This document shows positions 39,200 to 48,782 of a DNA stretch of 64,000 nucleotides, piece by piece. Under the pieces are notes generated by a model. It worked only from the letters and a program-made list of their open reading frames with translations. It was not told where the DNA came from and ran no database searches. The stretch is taken from the NCBI GenBank assembly GCA_919902675.1, contig CAKKRH010000010.1, positions 38,614 through 102,613 of the forward strand, in the 5' to 3' direction. The position numbers were made by a program, and so were the translations under genes. How positions within the stretch are numbered: position 1 is the stretch's first letter; each line of letters starts with the position of its first letter. This DNA is from Omnitrophica bacterium GWA2_41_15 (GTDB lineage: Bacteria; Omnitrophota; Gorgyraeia; Gygaellales; UBA12090).

Positions 39200-42100
39200 T
39201 TATTCGATTTCATAGCCTCGGTTTAAACGCCTTTGCCAGATTTTCCCAGGAAGTGTATTCTCTCCACCATGTTTTACTCCAGGCACATATAGATCAGATT
39301 GCTTAACATTCAAGTCAAAATGATATTTCCCTTTTCCAGCACCTATGCCTAATTTTGATTCTATGGTAGTGGCTCGTGTTCCTTTTGGAAATGCATCTGC
39401 TTTCGTAACAAAGGCGTGCCTATTAAGTTTTCCAGCTTGTTCCATAGCTTCTTTCCCCGCTTTATTAGTATAATGCCGTACCCTGGTTAAGTCATCACCT
39501 TTATTTATCACTTTACTCGCTATCCCAGCCCCACCTGGTACTCCCGGAGCAAGTAAAGCAAGAGAATCTGCAATTAACCCTAGTCCATTCATAAAGCTGG
39601 GGGTATCATTGAATTGCTTTATGGATTGACAAAATGAAGTAATATCCCAAAAGGTTTCCCAAAACCCTCTTGGGGTTGGAGCTTCACTAAGGCTAGAGGC
39701 TTCGCCGTAGGTGAAGCCGCTGGAGATACCTGTGACCAAACCAGAGCCGAAGACTCCACCCCAGAAACCTTCCGCTCCATTCTGCTGATATGCGGTTATC
39801 CCAGAGGCGATCACCACTCCAGCATCAAATATCTGCCGGCCAACATTTTTAAAAATTCCGGCTACCCCCTCCCCTAGTATCCCTGTCCCTAAACCAAACG
39901 CTGCTCCCCATAGCGCACCATCACCAGCATTTTGGCCGCTTAATCCCGCGGTAGTGGCTCCTCCCGCGGCTCCGGCTATGGCTCCAGTCAACATCGGCCA
40001 GATAAACGGCGAAGCGATAACCGCTACCAAAGCCGCGACTACCCCGCCGGCAAAACTGTTCCAGAACTTTTTCCAGCTCCATTTATGACCACTCGGATCG
40101 GTGTAATTTATAGGATTGTTGTTACAATAGGAATAACGGTTTAGGTCCTGAGGGTTGTAGGGGTTGGGGACTATGGTATCAGGGGTTATGAAACGGCCTA
40201 TGTCGGGGTCGTAGTATCTGGCGCCGTAGAAGTATAGGGCGGTTGTGGGGTCTTCTTCTTTGCCGGTGTATTTGTAGTTGGTGGTTTTGGTGCCGTCGGA
40301 GAGATATGTCTTGCCGTAGGGGTAATACTCTATACGCTGTTCTTTCTTGCCGTCGGCATCGCTAATCACATTGCTTGAGCCTAGGTGGTCGGAGTGGTAG
40401 TAGTGCGGCTCCTGCAGTCCATTTACCGTAAGGACACGCTGGGAGCCGAGATAGATGTGCTTCTTGGCGCTGTCTTGAGAGTCTACCTCATAGAGGCTGC
40501 CCACATAGGTTGTGGTCAGGCCGGAACTAGAGACATACTTCTTCACCCTGCCTCCGTCTCCGTCATAGGTGAAGTTAGTGGTGGCGCTTGTGGCATCTTG
40601 GTCGTAAGAGAGCTTCCAGGAGGCGTCTTTCAGACAGTGGATAAAATAGGCCTGGCCCACGATCATATTCGCCTCTGTGCCCATTGCTATGTATTTCTTG
40701 CTATCGGTATAATATTCCTGGAGGCTGTCGTAATCGCTGTCACGCTCCAGGTTATTCAAGGCGCTTTTGACTGTGATGCTATTTTTAGAAGGACAGCCAA
40801 TCAGGTTCCAGCCTTTCTTCAGGGATTTGGTCATCTGATCCGAGGAGGTCTTACCGGAGACAGTCAGGCTGACGCTGCTTAGGCTTGAGATATACACCTG
40901 GTAGCCTCTGCCATATTCTAAGCTGGTGAATTGGTTAAAGTCTGAGTTTTTGACATAGTGCTCGAACTTCTCATCCTTAGGGTTATAGCGGGAGATTTGG
41001 TTGTATTTTGAGAAGATGCTTGAGAATACACTGCTTATCTCTAAGCTCTCCGGGATTAGCGGCAGGGCAAAGAAGTTCCAGCCCGGATTTAAGGTCAGAC
41101 TTACCGAGGCGGAAACAGACTCATCGGAACCCTCAGGCGAGGTCTTGGTCAGCCGGTTCTCATAGTCATAGGTATAGTTAATGGTCTTTGATTCTGAGGT
41201 AGTCTTCTCTTTAAGGTTGCCGTTTGAGTCGTATTCAAAGCTTGAGCCGTCGGAGAGGCCGCTTAAGGCGTGGGGCTTGTCCGAATTATAGCTGTAAGTA
41301 GTTGAGCCGTTTGAGAGCATATTGCCAATTGAATCATAGCTGTAATCTATTGAACCATAACTGCCGGAGGCAGAAGTCAGACGGTTCAGGTTATCATAAC
41401 TAAAACTCTGGTTAGAGCCGTATTGGGAATCAGTAATACCCTTGACATTACCGTTACTATAGAACTCATAGGAGAGATTCTGCAAGGTACCCTGGCTGCC
41501 TTCAGTTTTTAGGGTAGAGAGCCTCAAGGTCTTTTCATCGTAGGTGTAGTTAGTCTCTACATCGTTGCCGTATTTGATATAGGTTATCTGACCGCTGGCG
41601 TTGTAGTTTACCTCTTTGACATAGTCTTTATCCATATAGCCGTTTCGCACCTTAGTCGGGCCCTGGGCGGAATATGTGTATTCCAGGTAATTGCTATCCG
41701 GGTATTTGAGCTTAGTTAAGCGATCCAAGGTGTCGTATTCCTTTTCCACGCTGTAGCTGGTTGAGTCTATAGTCTTGGTAGACTTGGTCTCCCGGCCTAA
41801 GCTATCATACCAGAATTCGGTAGAGCCGCTCTGGTCGCTGATCTTGGATAATCTGCCCTTATAGTTCTCTTTAGAACTGTCATCATAAGTATAGCTGACC
41901 AGGGTCTTGGATTCGGGCGAGGTTACCTTCTTTTTGGTTAAACGGTTTAACTCGTCATACTCAAATTCTAAAACCTGCTCTTTGGCATCGGTCTGCTTAG
42001 TAAGGTTACCCAGGTCGTCGTATTCATAACTCCAGACCCCCATATCCGGATCGTCCATCTTGACCTTGCGGCCTAAGGAGTCATAGTAGATAGAACTGGT

Positions 42101-45100
42101 ATTGCCTTTGGCGTCTTTGACCTTGGTTAGGTTGCCCTGGATGTCGTAGGTATAGGTAGTGGTGTAAACTTGGGAGTCGTTGTGCTCTTCCACCTTGGTC
42201 AGGCGACCGTAGGCGTCGTTATAATAAGTATGGTAATTGCCGTTCTCATCAGTCTTGGTAGTGGTCCAGTCAGAGTAGCTGGTTGAGCTATAGCTGCCAT
42301 CCGGGTTAGTGTTCTGGGTCAGACGGCCTACCGGGTCATAGTCAAAGCTGAAATAATAACCGGAATAACTAGGCGAGCTAAAGGAGCTATCGTTACTTAC
42401 CAGATAGGGCAGATACTGCTTATTAACCTGGCCTTTTGAGTCATAGGTTACTATCCCGGAAACCACCTGGTAGCTCTCATCCTGGGCCGGGGATTTAGTT
42501 TCTATCATGCGGCCCAAACCGTCAGAGAACTGGTAGGTGGCCAGGTAATTACCGGAGTAATCGCTTTTGACCTTTTTGGTAACTTTTATGGGCTGACTGG
42601 ATAAGTTATATTCATAGCTTATCCCGGGCAGGCTTTCGCTGTCTTTGGGGCCAATGGCTGAGGTCAACCGGCCCAAGCTGTCGTAGCGGTATTCAGTTGC
42701 CTGGCTGTTGGAGTCGGTAGACTTGGTAACCTGGCCGGTCTGGTAATCGTATTCGTTGTTTAAGGTATGGCCTTTGGAATTGGTGATCTTGGTAGGATAA
42801 CTGTGCAGGGTGGAATCGTATTCGGTTGTAGTAGCGTAGCCTTTAGAGTTGGTGGCCTTGGTGAGATTACCATAAGAGTCATAACTGTATTGGCTGGAGA
42901 GCTTCTTCTCGCTTGCGTCCTGGGAGTTATACAGCCAGGCCTCCTCTTTAGTCAATAAGCCATGGCTGGCTGAGGCATCATAAGAGTCAGCTCCATCATA
43001 ATAAAACCACCTCTGGGTTACTCTTTCTCCGCTTGCGTCCGCAAGTTTGACAGACTTAGGCAGACCGACTATCCAGTCTGAGGTATTATAGCTATACTCC
43101 GTGGTTAGGGTTCTTTCATCGCCGCTTTCGGAGACATTGCCTTGGCTCTGAACCTTGGCGGGGTTGCCGTAGTCATCGTATTCGTAGGTTAGGCGGGTCT
43201 GCTTATAGCTGGAGTCACCGTCATAGATATAGCTGTCGGCCTGGCTCACATAGGCGAAGTTGACCCCGGAATAAAGCTCCTTTTTGCTCCAGGTGTTTTC
43301 AGCTTTGGCATAGAGATTGCCGCCGGAGTCTCTGGTCTCCTGCTTGTAAGGCTTGCCCTTGTAGACCGAGTCCTGCTTAAAATAGCTCTCGCTGTAATTG
43401 CCGTCGCTATCGGTTACTTTGCAATAGCCAAAGCCCCTAAACTCCCGCTCGCTAAAATCAAATACTCCGTCCTTATAGCTGTAGTTAGTGCTGTAGCTAT
43501 TGCCCCGGCCGTCGCTTAGCTGGCTCTGGCTGACCGCGTATATCGGGAAGCTCAAGTCTGACTGAGTATCAGATCCGCTGTTAGAATACTGGCTAGAGGA
43601 TTTATAGGTTATCTCGATGCTGCCGCCTATGCCGCTATCTATCTGTTTTAATAATTCGGGGTATGGGCTGGGATTAATATAGCTAGAGGTCTCGCTATCA
43701 GTGGGATGATGGATAAAATCCAGCTGGCCGTCGGAATTCACATCCAGGACCCTGGTGCCATCGGTAAAATCTCCGGTAGTCATCTTCCAGCTAGAGTCCT
43801 CTTTCCAGCCTAAGCCGGTGTTGATGTAGGTCTTTCGCAAAGAACTGCCTTTATTGATCAGGATATCGGCTAAGCCGTCGTTATTCACATCGGCAAACTG
43901 AGTGGAGTTATCGTTGATGTTGGCATCTGAGGGCGGATCAAGGCTCGACTCCCTGGCCCAGCCGCCTCCGGTATTAAGATAGGTCTTTCTCCCAAGACTA
44001 GAGGTATCGCTGGCTATCACCAAATCCAATAGGCCGTCGGCGTTTAGGTCAACCAATTGCGTGCCGTCCCGTAAGTCACCGTCAGGAAGGGCCCAGGAGC
44101 TGTTTTCGCTCCAGCCGCTAGACTTATTATTCAGATAGGTTATCCGGCTGTCGGAGCGGCAGTAAACATAATCCGCGTAACCGTCACTATTGAGATCAGC
44201 TAAAATCACCCCTTGAGATTCATGCCAGTCATGATACTCATCATACCTGGCTACGGCTATGTATTTACCGCTGGGAAAACTCCAGCCGGAGCTACTCTCC
44301 CAGCCGCTTTGCTTATTGTTTAAATTTATACTATTAATCACACCCCCTTCTTTGGTTTGGAAATTCTGCACCAAGTCCACCCAGCCGTCTCCGTTTATAT
44401 CCGCGAAACGCACCCCCTGGTCCCCGGTGTATGACCAGATATGCGGGCTAATCTGCCAGTTGGTGGTTTCCTTCCAGGCGGAGACGGAAGAATCAAACAA
44501 AAAGCTGTGGTTTTCGGTATAATTATCTCCGTAATACCGCTTTCTGATTATATCCGGATAGGTATCGTTATTCACATCCACAATCACGCATCCGGAATCA
44601 AAGTTGGCGTAAGGGGGGATGCTGTAACTGGTGCCGGAGGCCTGCCAGCCCTGAGACTGCTGTTGATATTCAAAGCTGATTTCCGGAAGGCTTATATTAT
44701 TATCCTGGCCGTAAGTCTTGACCGAGCTAAGCAAACTGCGGCTGTTCTGGGAGGTGGCATAGCTTAAAACATACCGGCGCACCTGCTCATCCTGGTATTT
44801 TACTTTAATCTCGCTTAGCCTCTTGGCCATAGTTGCCTTAAATCCCGGCCGGTAATTAATAATGCTGTCAGAGCGGCTCTCGTAGCTAAATTGGACGCTG
44901 TAAGCCGGCTCAAGTGAATTACCGCTGTTACCGGTATAACTTATCCGGCTGGGATAGAGCTGGTTGTCTTCTTTTGTATAACTTATAGTCAAATAGTTAT
45001 TATAAAGGTCTTCCACCCTGTTCAAAGACCATCTAAATACCTTGGAGCCGTAGTCCTGGCGGCTGGAGCTGGTCTGGCCAAAGTAGTATTTAATCCCGGA

Positions 45101-45736
45101 TTTATCGGTTACCACCCAGGAGCTTCCATCATAGGCGAATTTGCTAAAGGAGGATTCTATCTCAGGGCGATACTGGCTTCCGCTAGCCTTGACCAACTCC
45201 GCGTTTACTCCGCTTGAACTGAAGATATAACTATCGGTGCCGTCGTATTTGGCTGTGCCTTTACGGGTGGACACCTCTATGGCCCCTAATTCCAGGCTCC
45301 AGCCAACTCCGGCTATACCGTTAGCCTGTCCGGAGGCATACAACAGGCTGAGATTAGGCTGAATACCCTTCCTGCCTCCGGGAGCATCTATAGGTATGCT
45401 AAATGAGGCCCGGCCGGTAAAGGGGTCGCTTTGAAATGACTGCAGTGCCGATAGATTCGAGCCTATGCTTTTAGTCTGAGGCATCCAGCCTACCGCCCCT
45501 TTAGGCTTGGTGTTCTTATCCGGCGGATTAATCTCTTGGGGCTTCTTGGCCTGGGTGGAGCTGTCACCGGAATCAGCGCTTCCGGAGGAAGATGCCTTAG
45601 GACTAACCGAGGCCTGTCTGGATACTCCCTTTACGCTCTTATCAGCGGCCAAAGCCAGGTCCCTGGAGCAAAAGACTGCCAAATGGGTTATTATCAGCAA
45701 AACGGCTATTGATTTGTAAAGATATTTTAGGTTCAT
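39200..45736 (-). CDS. secreted SpvB/FG-GAP/YD-repeat Rhs polymorphic toxin
   Basis: Signal peptide; SpvB-like GVGWSL; DxNxDG repeats; YD repeats; RYYDPDIGRF...NNNPINYTDPSG core; variable C-terminus with RHYT. Confidence 0.9.
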   Translation of the reverse strand: MNLKYLYKSIAVLLIITHLAVFCSRDLALAADKSVKGVSRQASVSPKASSSGSADSGDSSTQAKKPQEINPPDKNTKPKGAVGWMPQTKSIGSNLSALQSFQSDPFTGRASFSIPIDAPGGRKGIQPNLSLLYASGQANGIAGVGWSLELGAIEVSTRKGTAKYDGTDSYIFSSSGVNAELVKASGSQYRPEIESSFSKFAYDGSSWVVTDKSGIKYYFGQTSSSRQDYGSKVFRWSLNRVEDLYNNYLTISYTKEDNQLYPSRISYTGNSGNSLEPAYSVQFSYESRSDSIINYRPGFKATMAKRLSEIKVKYQDEQVRRYVLSYATSQNSRSLLSSVKTYGQDNNISLPEISFEYQQQSQGWQASGTSYSIPPYANFDSGCVIVDVNNDTYPDIIRKRYYGDNYTENHSFLFDSSVSAWKETTNWQISPHIWSYTGDQGVRFADINGDGWVDLVQNFQTKEGGVINSINLNNKQSGWESSSGWSFPSGKYIAVARYDEYHDWHESQGVILADLNSDGYADYVYCRSDSRITYLNNKSSGWSENSSWALPDGDLRDGTQLVDLNADGLLDLVIASDTSSLGRKTYLNTGGGWARESSLDPPSDANINDNSTQFADVNNDGLADILINKGSSLRKTYINTGLGWKEDSSWKMTTGDFTDGTRVLDVNSDGQLDFIHHPTDSETSSYINPSPYPELLKQIDSGIGGSIEITYKSSSQYSNSGSDTQSDLSFPIYAVSQSQLSDGRGNSYSTNYSYKDGVFDFSEREFRGFGYCKVTDSDGNYSESYFKQDSVYKGKPYKQETRDSGGNLYAKAENTWSKKELYSGVNFAYVSQADSYIYDGDSSYKQTRLTYEYDDYGNPAKVQSQGNVSESGDERTLTTEYSYNTSDWIVGLPKSVKLADASGERVTQRWFYYDGADSYDASASHGLLTKEEAWLYNSQDASEKKLSSQYSYDSYGNLTKATNSKGYATTTEYDSTLHSYPTKITNSKGHTLNNEYDYQTGQVTKSTDSNSQATEYRYDSLGRLTSAIGPKDSESLPGISYEYNLSSQPIKVTKKVKSDYSGNYLATYQFSDGLGRMIETKSPAQDESYQVVSGIVTYDSKGQVNKQYLPYLVSNDSSFSSPSYSGYYFSFDYDPVGRLTQNTNPDGSYSSTSYSDWTTTKTDENGNYHTYYNDAYGRLTKVEEHNDSQVYTTTYTYDIQGNLTKVKDAKGNTSSIYYDSLGRKVKMDDPDMGVWSYEYDDLGNLTKQTDAKEQVLEFEYDELNRLTKKKVTSPESKTLVSYTYDDSSKENYKGRLSKISDQSGSTEFWYDSLGRETKSTKTIDSTSYSVEKEYDTLDRLTKLKYPDSNYLEYTYSAQGPTKVRNGYMDKDYVKEVNYNASGQITYIKYGNDVETNYTYDEKTLRLSTLKTEGSQGTLQNLSYEFYSNGNVKGITDSQYGSNQSFSYDNLNRLTSASGSYGSIDYSYDSIGNMLSNGSTTYSYNSDKPHALSGLSDGSSFEYDSNGNLKEKTTSESKTINYTYDYENRLTKTSPEGSDESVSASVSLTLNPGWNFFALPLIPESLEISSVFSSIFSKYNQISRYNPKDEKFEHYVKNSDFNQFTSLEYGRGYQVYISSLSSVSLTVSGKTSSDQMTKSLKKGWNLIGCPSKNSITVKSALNNLERDSDYDSLQEYYTDSKKYIAMGTEANMIVGQAYFIHCLKDASWKLSYDQDATSATTNFTYDGDGGRVKKYVSSSGLTTTYVGSLYEVDSQDSAKKHIYLGSQRVLTVNGLQEPHYYHSDHLGSSNVISDADGKKEQRIEYYPYGKTYLSDGTKTTNYKYTGKEEDPTTALYFYGARYYDPDIGRFITPDTIVPNPYNPQDLNRYSYCNNNPINYTDPSGHKWSWKKFWNSFAGGVVAALVAVIASPFIWPMLTGAIAGAAGGATTAGLSGQNAGDGALWGAAFGLGTGILGEGVAGIFKNVGRQIFDAGVVIASGITAYQQNGAEGFWGGVFGSGLVTGISSGFTYGEASSLSEAPTPRGFWETFWDITSFCQSIKQFNDTPSFMNGLGLIADSLALLAPGVPGGAGIASKVINKGDDLTRVRHYTNKAGKEAMEQAGKLNRHAFVTKADAFPKGTRATTIESKLGIGAGKGKYHFDLNVKQSDLYVPGVKHGGENTLPGKIWQRRLNRGYEIE

Positions 45737-45825
45737 TCGCGCAGATATTTTGATATAAAATATCCCTTGTTTTTACTATAAACTATCAGCCATAAACTAA
45801 AACCGGCTGTCCAAAGGGTATCCAT

Positions 45826-47439
45826 TTAGTAATCCTCCGGCGGCTCAACCGGTTCATTTAAAACAAAAGCCTTGGCTGTTTTTGATGAGCTTCCCCCTTG
45901 GTCTTTAGCTTCAAACTTCAAGATATAGGATTTGGTATCCAGCCCTGAGGTATCCCAGCTATAGCTGGTTTTAGTGGACCAGGATTGTTTGACCGCGGCG
46001 TCTACGGAGAATTGATACTCGTTAGAGGAATCGCCGCTGTCGGAGGTAGTCAGACTGAGAGTCTGGGTTTTTCCTTTGTAAATAAAGCTATTGGGATCAG
46101 GGCTAAAGCTGGAGATGACCGGAGGGCTGGTATCCGAGCCGGAGGTAACCGTGATGCCGTCGGAGTAGCCGGTATCCGACCAGAGTCCGGCGCCGTTTTT
46201 GGCCTTGACCACGAAATAATAGCTTTTGCCTATGGTCAAGGATAAGCCGGTCTTGGTTGTTGAAGTGGATGTCCCGGCAGAGGTCCAGCTAACTATCGTC
46301 GTCCCTGAACTTGAGTCCCGGGTTATCTGATACTGGTATTCGGCTATCCCGCTGGTAGTGTCGCTTGAGCTCCAGGAGGCGTAAAGGCTTGTGGTAGAGC
46401 TGGTGCTTGAGCCACTGTCGGTAACCGTGGGCTTAGAGGATTTTATTGTATCCAGGGTAATGCTGTCGCTTACCGCTAAGGTAATCCAATTGCCGGATGC
46501 ATCTGAGAATTTGGCGTATACGGTCTTGGTAGTGCCTCCTGAAGACAAGCTCCAGGATTTGCTGGCACTGTAGGATTCCTCACTTGACCAGATGGAATTA
46601 TCGTTGGAGAATTTCATCTTACCCATCCCTGAGCCGCTGTCGGAGGCGCTTAAGGTGAGGGTAACGCCGGTTGAGGAGCAATAAGAGGCACCGCTATTTA
46701 TCTTGATTGAGCCTGTGGGAGGGGTGGTATCCGAGCCGGAGTTAACCGTGATGCCGTCGGAGTATCCCACATCCGACCAAAAGCCCACCCCGTTCTTGGC
46801 CTTGACCCCGAAATAATAGCTTTTGCCTGAAGTCAAGGACAATCCGGTTTTGGTTACTGAAGTGGATGTCCCGGCAGAGGTCCAGCTGACTTTTACTGTC
46901 CCGGCGCTTGAGTCCTGAGTTATCTGATATTGATACTCGCTAATCCCGCTGATGGAGTAGCTTGCGCTCCAGGAGGCATAGAGGCTTGAGGTGGAGCTGG
47001 TGCTTGCGCCACTATCGGTAACTCTGGGCTTAGAGGGCTTAACGGTGTCTACATTAATGTTATCGCTGACCGCTTGTGACATCCAATTGCCGGATGAATC
47101 TGAGAACTTGGCATAGACAGTCTTGGCGCCGTTTCCTGGGGACAAACTCCAGGATTTAGTAGTTTTATAGGATTCCGCGCTTGACCAGTTGGAGTGATCG
47201 TTAGAAAAACGCATCTTACCCTTCTTCATCCCTGAGCCGCTGTCTGAGGCGCTTAAGGTGAGCGTAACGTTGTTTGAAGAGGTATAGTAGGAGTTGTTAT
47301 TGATCTTAATGCTCGCCTTAATGGGAGGAGTCTTGTCCGCGGCAAAGCTTTCAGAGGAGAAGATCGGAAAAAGAAACAAAAAAAAGACCAAACCCGCGCT
47401 CTTTTTAACCGGCTCTGGTTTAGTTGTTATCTGGAACAT
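45826..47439 (-). CDS. secreted Ser/Thr-rich Ig-like/FN3 repeat protein
   Basis: Signal-like segment ending SFA-A; two tandem repeats of about 200 aa (DxTPPxxSIKIN...KTVYAKFSD...YYFxVKAKNG); ATG at 47439 is the likely start. Confidence 0.75.
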   Translation of the reverse strand: MFQITTKPEPVKKSAGLVFFLFLFPIFSSESFAADKTPPIKASIKINNNSYYTSSNNVTLTLSASDSGSGMKKGKMRFSNDHSNWSSAESYKTTKSWSLSPGNGAKTVYAKFSDSSGNWMSQAVSDNINVDTVKPSKPRVTDSGASTSSTSSLYASWSASYSISGISEYQYQITQDSSAGTVKVSWTSAGTSTSVTKTGLSLTSGKSYYFGVKAKNGVGFWSDVGYSDGITVNSGSDTTPPTGSIKINSGASYCSSTGVTLTLSASDSGSGMGKMKFSNDNSIWSSEESYSASKSWSLSSGGTTKTVYAKFSDASGNWITLAVSDSITLDTIKSSKPTVTDSGSSTSSTTSLYASWSSSDTTSGIAEYQYQITRDSSSGTTIVSWTSAGTSTSTTKTGLSLTIGKSYYFVVKAKNGAGLWSDTGYSDGITVTSGSDTSPPVISSFSPDPNSFIYKGKTQTLSLTTSDSGDSSNEYQFSVDAAVKQSWSTKTSYSWDTSGLDTKSYILKFEAKDQGGSSSKTAKAFVLNEPVEPPEDY

Positions 47440-47542
47440 AAGGCCTTTCTCTCTGTTCCGTGGCTGTATTAATCTAATACCATATTTTTGCCTAAGTGTC
47501 AAGGAATGAAGAAAATTTGTCCTCTTAAAAAAAAGATTGTTT

Positions 47543-48730
47543 TTAAGCCGGCAGGCCTAAGTCGGTGGGGGCGCGGCCGATGGAGGTAAGCAGATCCAAG
47601 ACTTCCTTGATCTTATCTTTGGCCTCTTTTTCGGTTCCGGCGCGCTGGGGGTAGATTTGATAGAGGTCCTGGTATTTTTTGGGGGTAAGGTTTATCATCA
47701 AGGAATTGGCCCCGGAGAGAAATCCGGCCCGGGCGCCATTGTTTTTATCCAGGGTTTCCAGGGCAGTAGTTACCAATATTCGGGATTCCGGGTGCCTAAT
47801 CCTGGCCCGGGCAATGGTGTTCAAGGTTGATTCTAAGGAAGGACTCGGGGCGTCCCTTAAAGGAGTTTCCGGATGGGGAATAAACGGACCAAAAGAAAAC
47901 ATCTCCGGATTTAAGGAATGGGTAAGCTCAATATCGTTAAGCACATCCTCCTGGCTCTCTCCGGGAAGTCCGGATAAAAATCCGGTAAAGATCAGATAAC
48001 CAATGGCCTGTAATTCCTTAATCAGGGCCAGGCGCTCTTTTAGGGTCCGTCCGGGACGGTATTTTTCATACAATTCCGGGTTGCTGGTTTCAAAACGAAC
48101 CAGCGCTCCCCGGGCACCGGCCTGATATAATTTTTTATAGAGCTCAATATCCCTCTCTCCAATGCTTAAGATGAGTAAAGCCGGAGACCTGCGCATCAAC
48201 TCTCCCACAATATTAGAGAGTTTTTCCGCGTCATACCAAAGGTCCTCACCGGACTGCAGAACCAGAGCCTTGAATTTAAGCTCATTTACCGCGTATTCGT
48301 AAGCCTGAATTATTTCTTCCTGACTCATCCGGTAGCGGGCAAGCTTTAGATTATCCTGACGTATCCCGCAGTAAAGGCAGTTTTGGCGGCAGTAATTGGA
48401 AAATTCTATTATTCCGTGGATACAGCAGGAGTTACCTAAATATCTCTGCCGGGTGGCATTGGCAATCTGATGCAGGTCTTTGGGCTCCCGGGTAAGACGC
48501 AAATCAACCTCTTTGAGTTTGACAAAGAGCTCTTGCCAGGTTTTAAGGATATTTAAGGCTTCGGCCTGGGAAATTCTCTGGACCACAAATCCGCCCTGGG
48601 CGTAGACATATTCCCCGACTGTTAAATCCTGATAAAAATCATTGCGGGCTTTTTTGCGTTCCTCAAAATAGTCAACGGTAATGATTTTATCGTTTATCTC
48701 TACAACTTTTCCGGGGATAGCGTAACACAT
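47543..48730 (-). CDS. HypC/HupF domain fused to an HydE-like radical SAM enzyme
   Basis: N-terminus MCYAIPGKVVEI...VGEYVYAQGGF; then IEFSNYCRQNCLYC, VLQSGED, GPFIPHPETPL, TTALETL, YQIYP. Confidence 0.85.
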   Translation of the reverse strand: MCYAIPGKVVEINDKIITVDYFEERKKARNDFYQDLTVGEYVYAQGGFVVQRISQAEALNILKTWQELFVKLKEVDLRLTREPKDLHQIANATRQRYLGNSCCIHGIIEFSNYCRQNCLYCGIRQDNLKLARYRMSQEEIIQAYEYAVNELKFKALVLQSGEDLWYDAEKLSNIVGELMRRSPALLILSIGERDIELYKKLYQAGARGALVRFETSNPELYEKYRPGRTLKERLALIKELQAIGYLIFTGFLSGLPGESQEDVLNDIELTHSLNPEMFSFGPFIPHPETPLRDAPSPSLESTLNTIARARIRHPESRILVTTALETLDKNNGARAGFLSGANSLMINLTPKKYQDLYQIYPQRAGTEKEAKDKIKEVLDLLTSIGRAPTDLGLPA

Positions 48731-48782
48731 AACAATATATAAATTAGAGAGGTTAGAAGTTGGTGGTTAGAGGTTAGGGTGA

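Noticed and set aside
46130-47340. DGR-like template/variable repeat pair
   Set aside because: Both copies are in-frame domains of one protein, the differences are not adenine-specific, and there is no reverse transcriptase.
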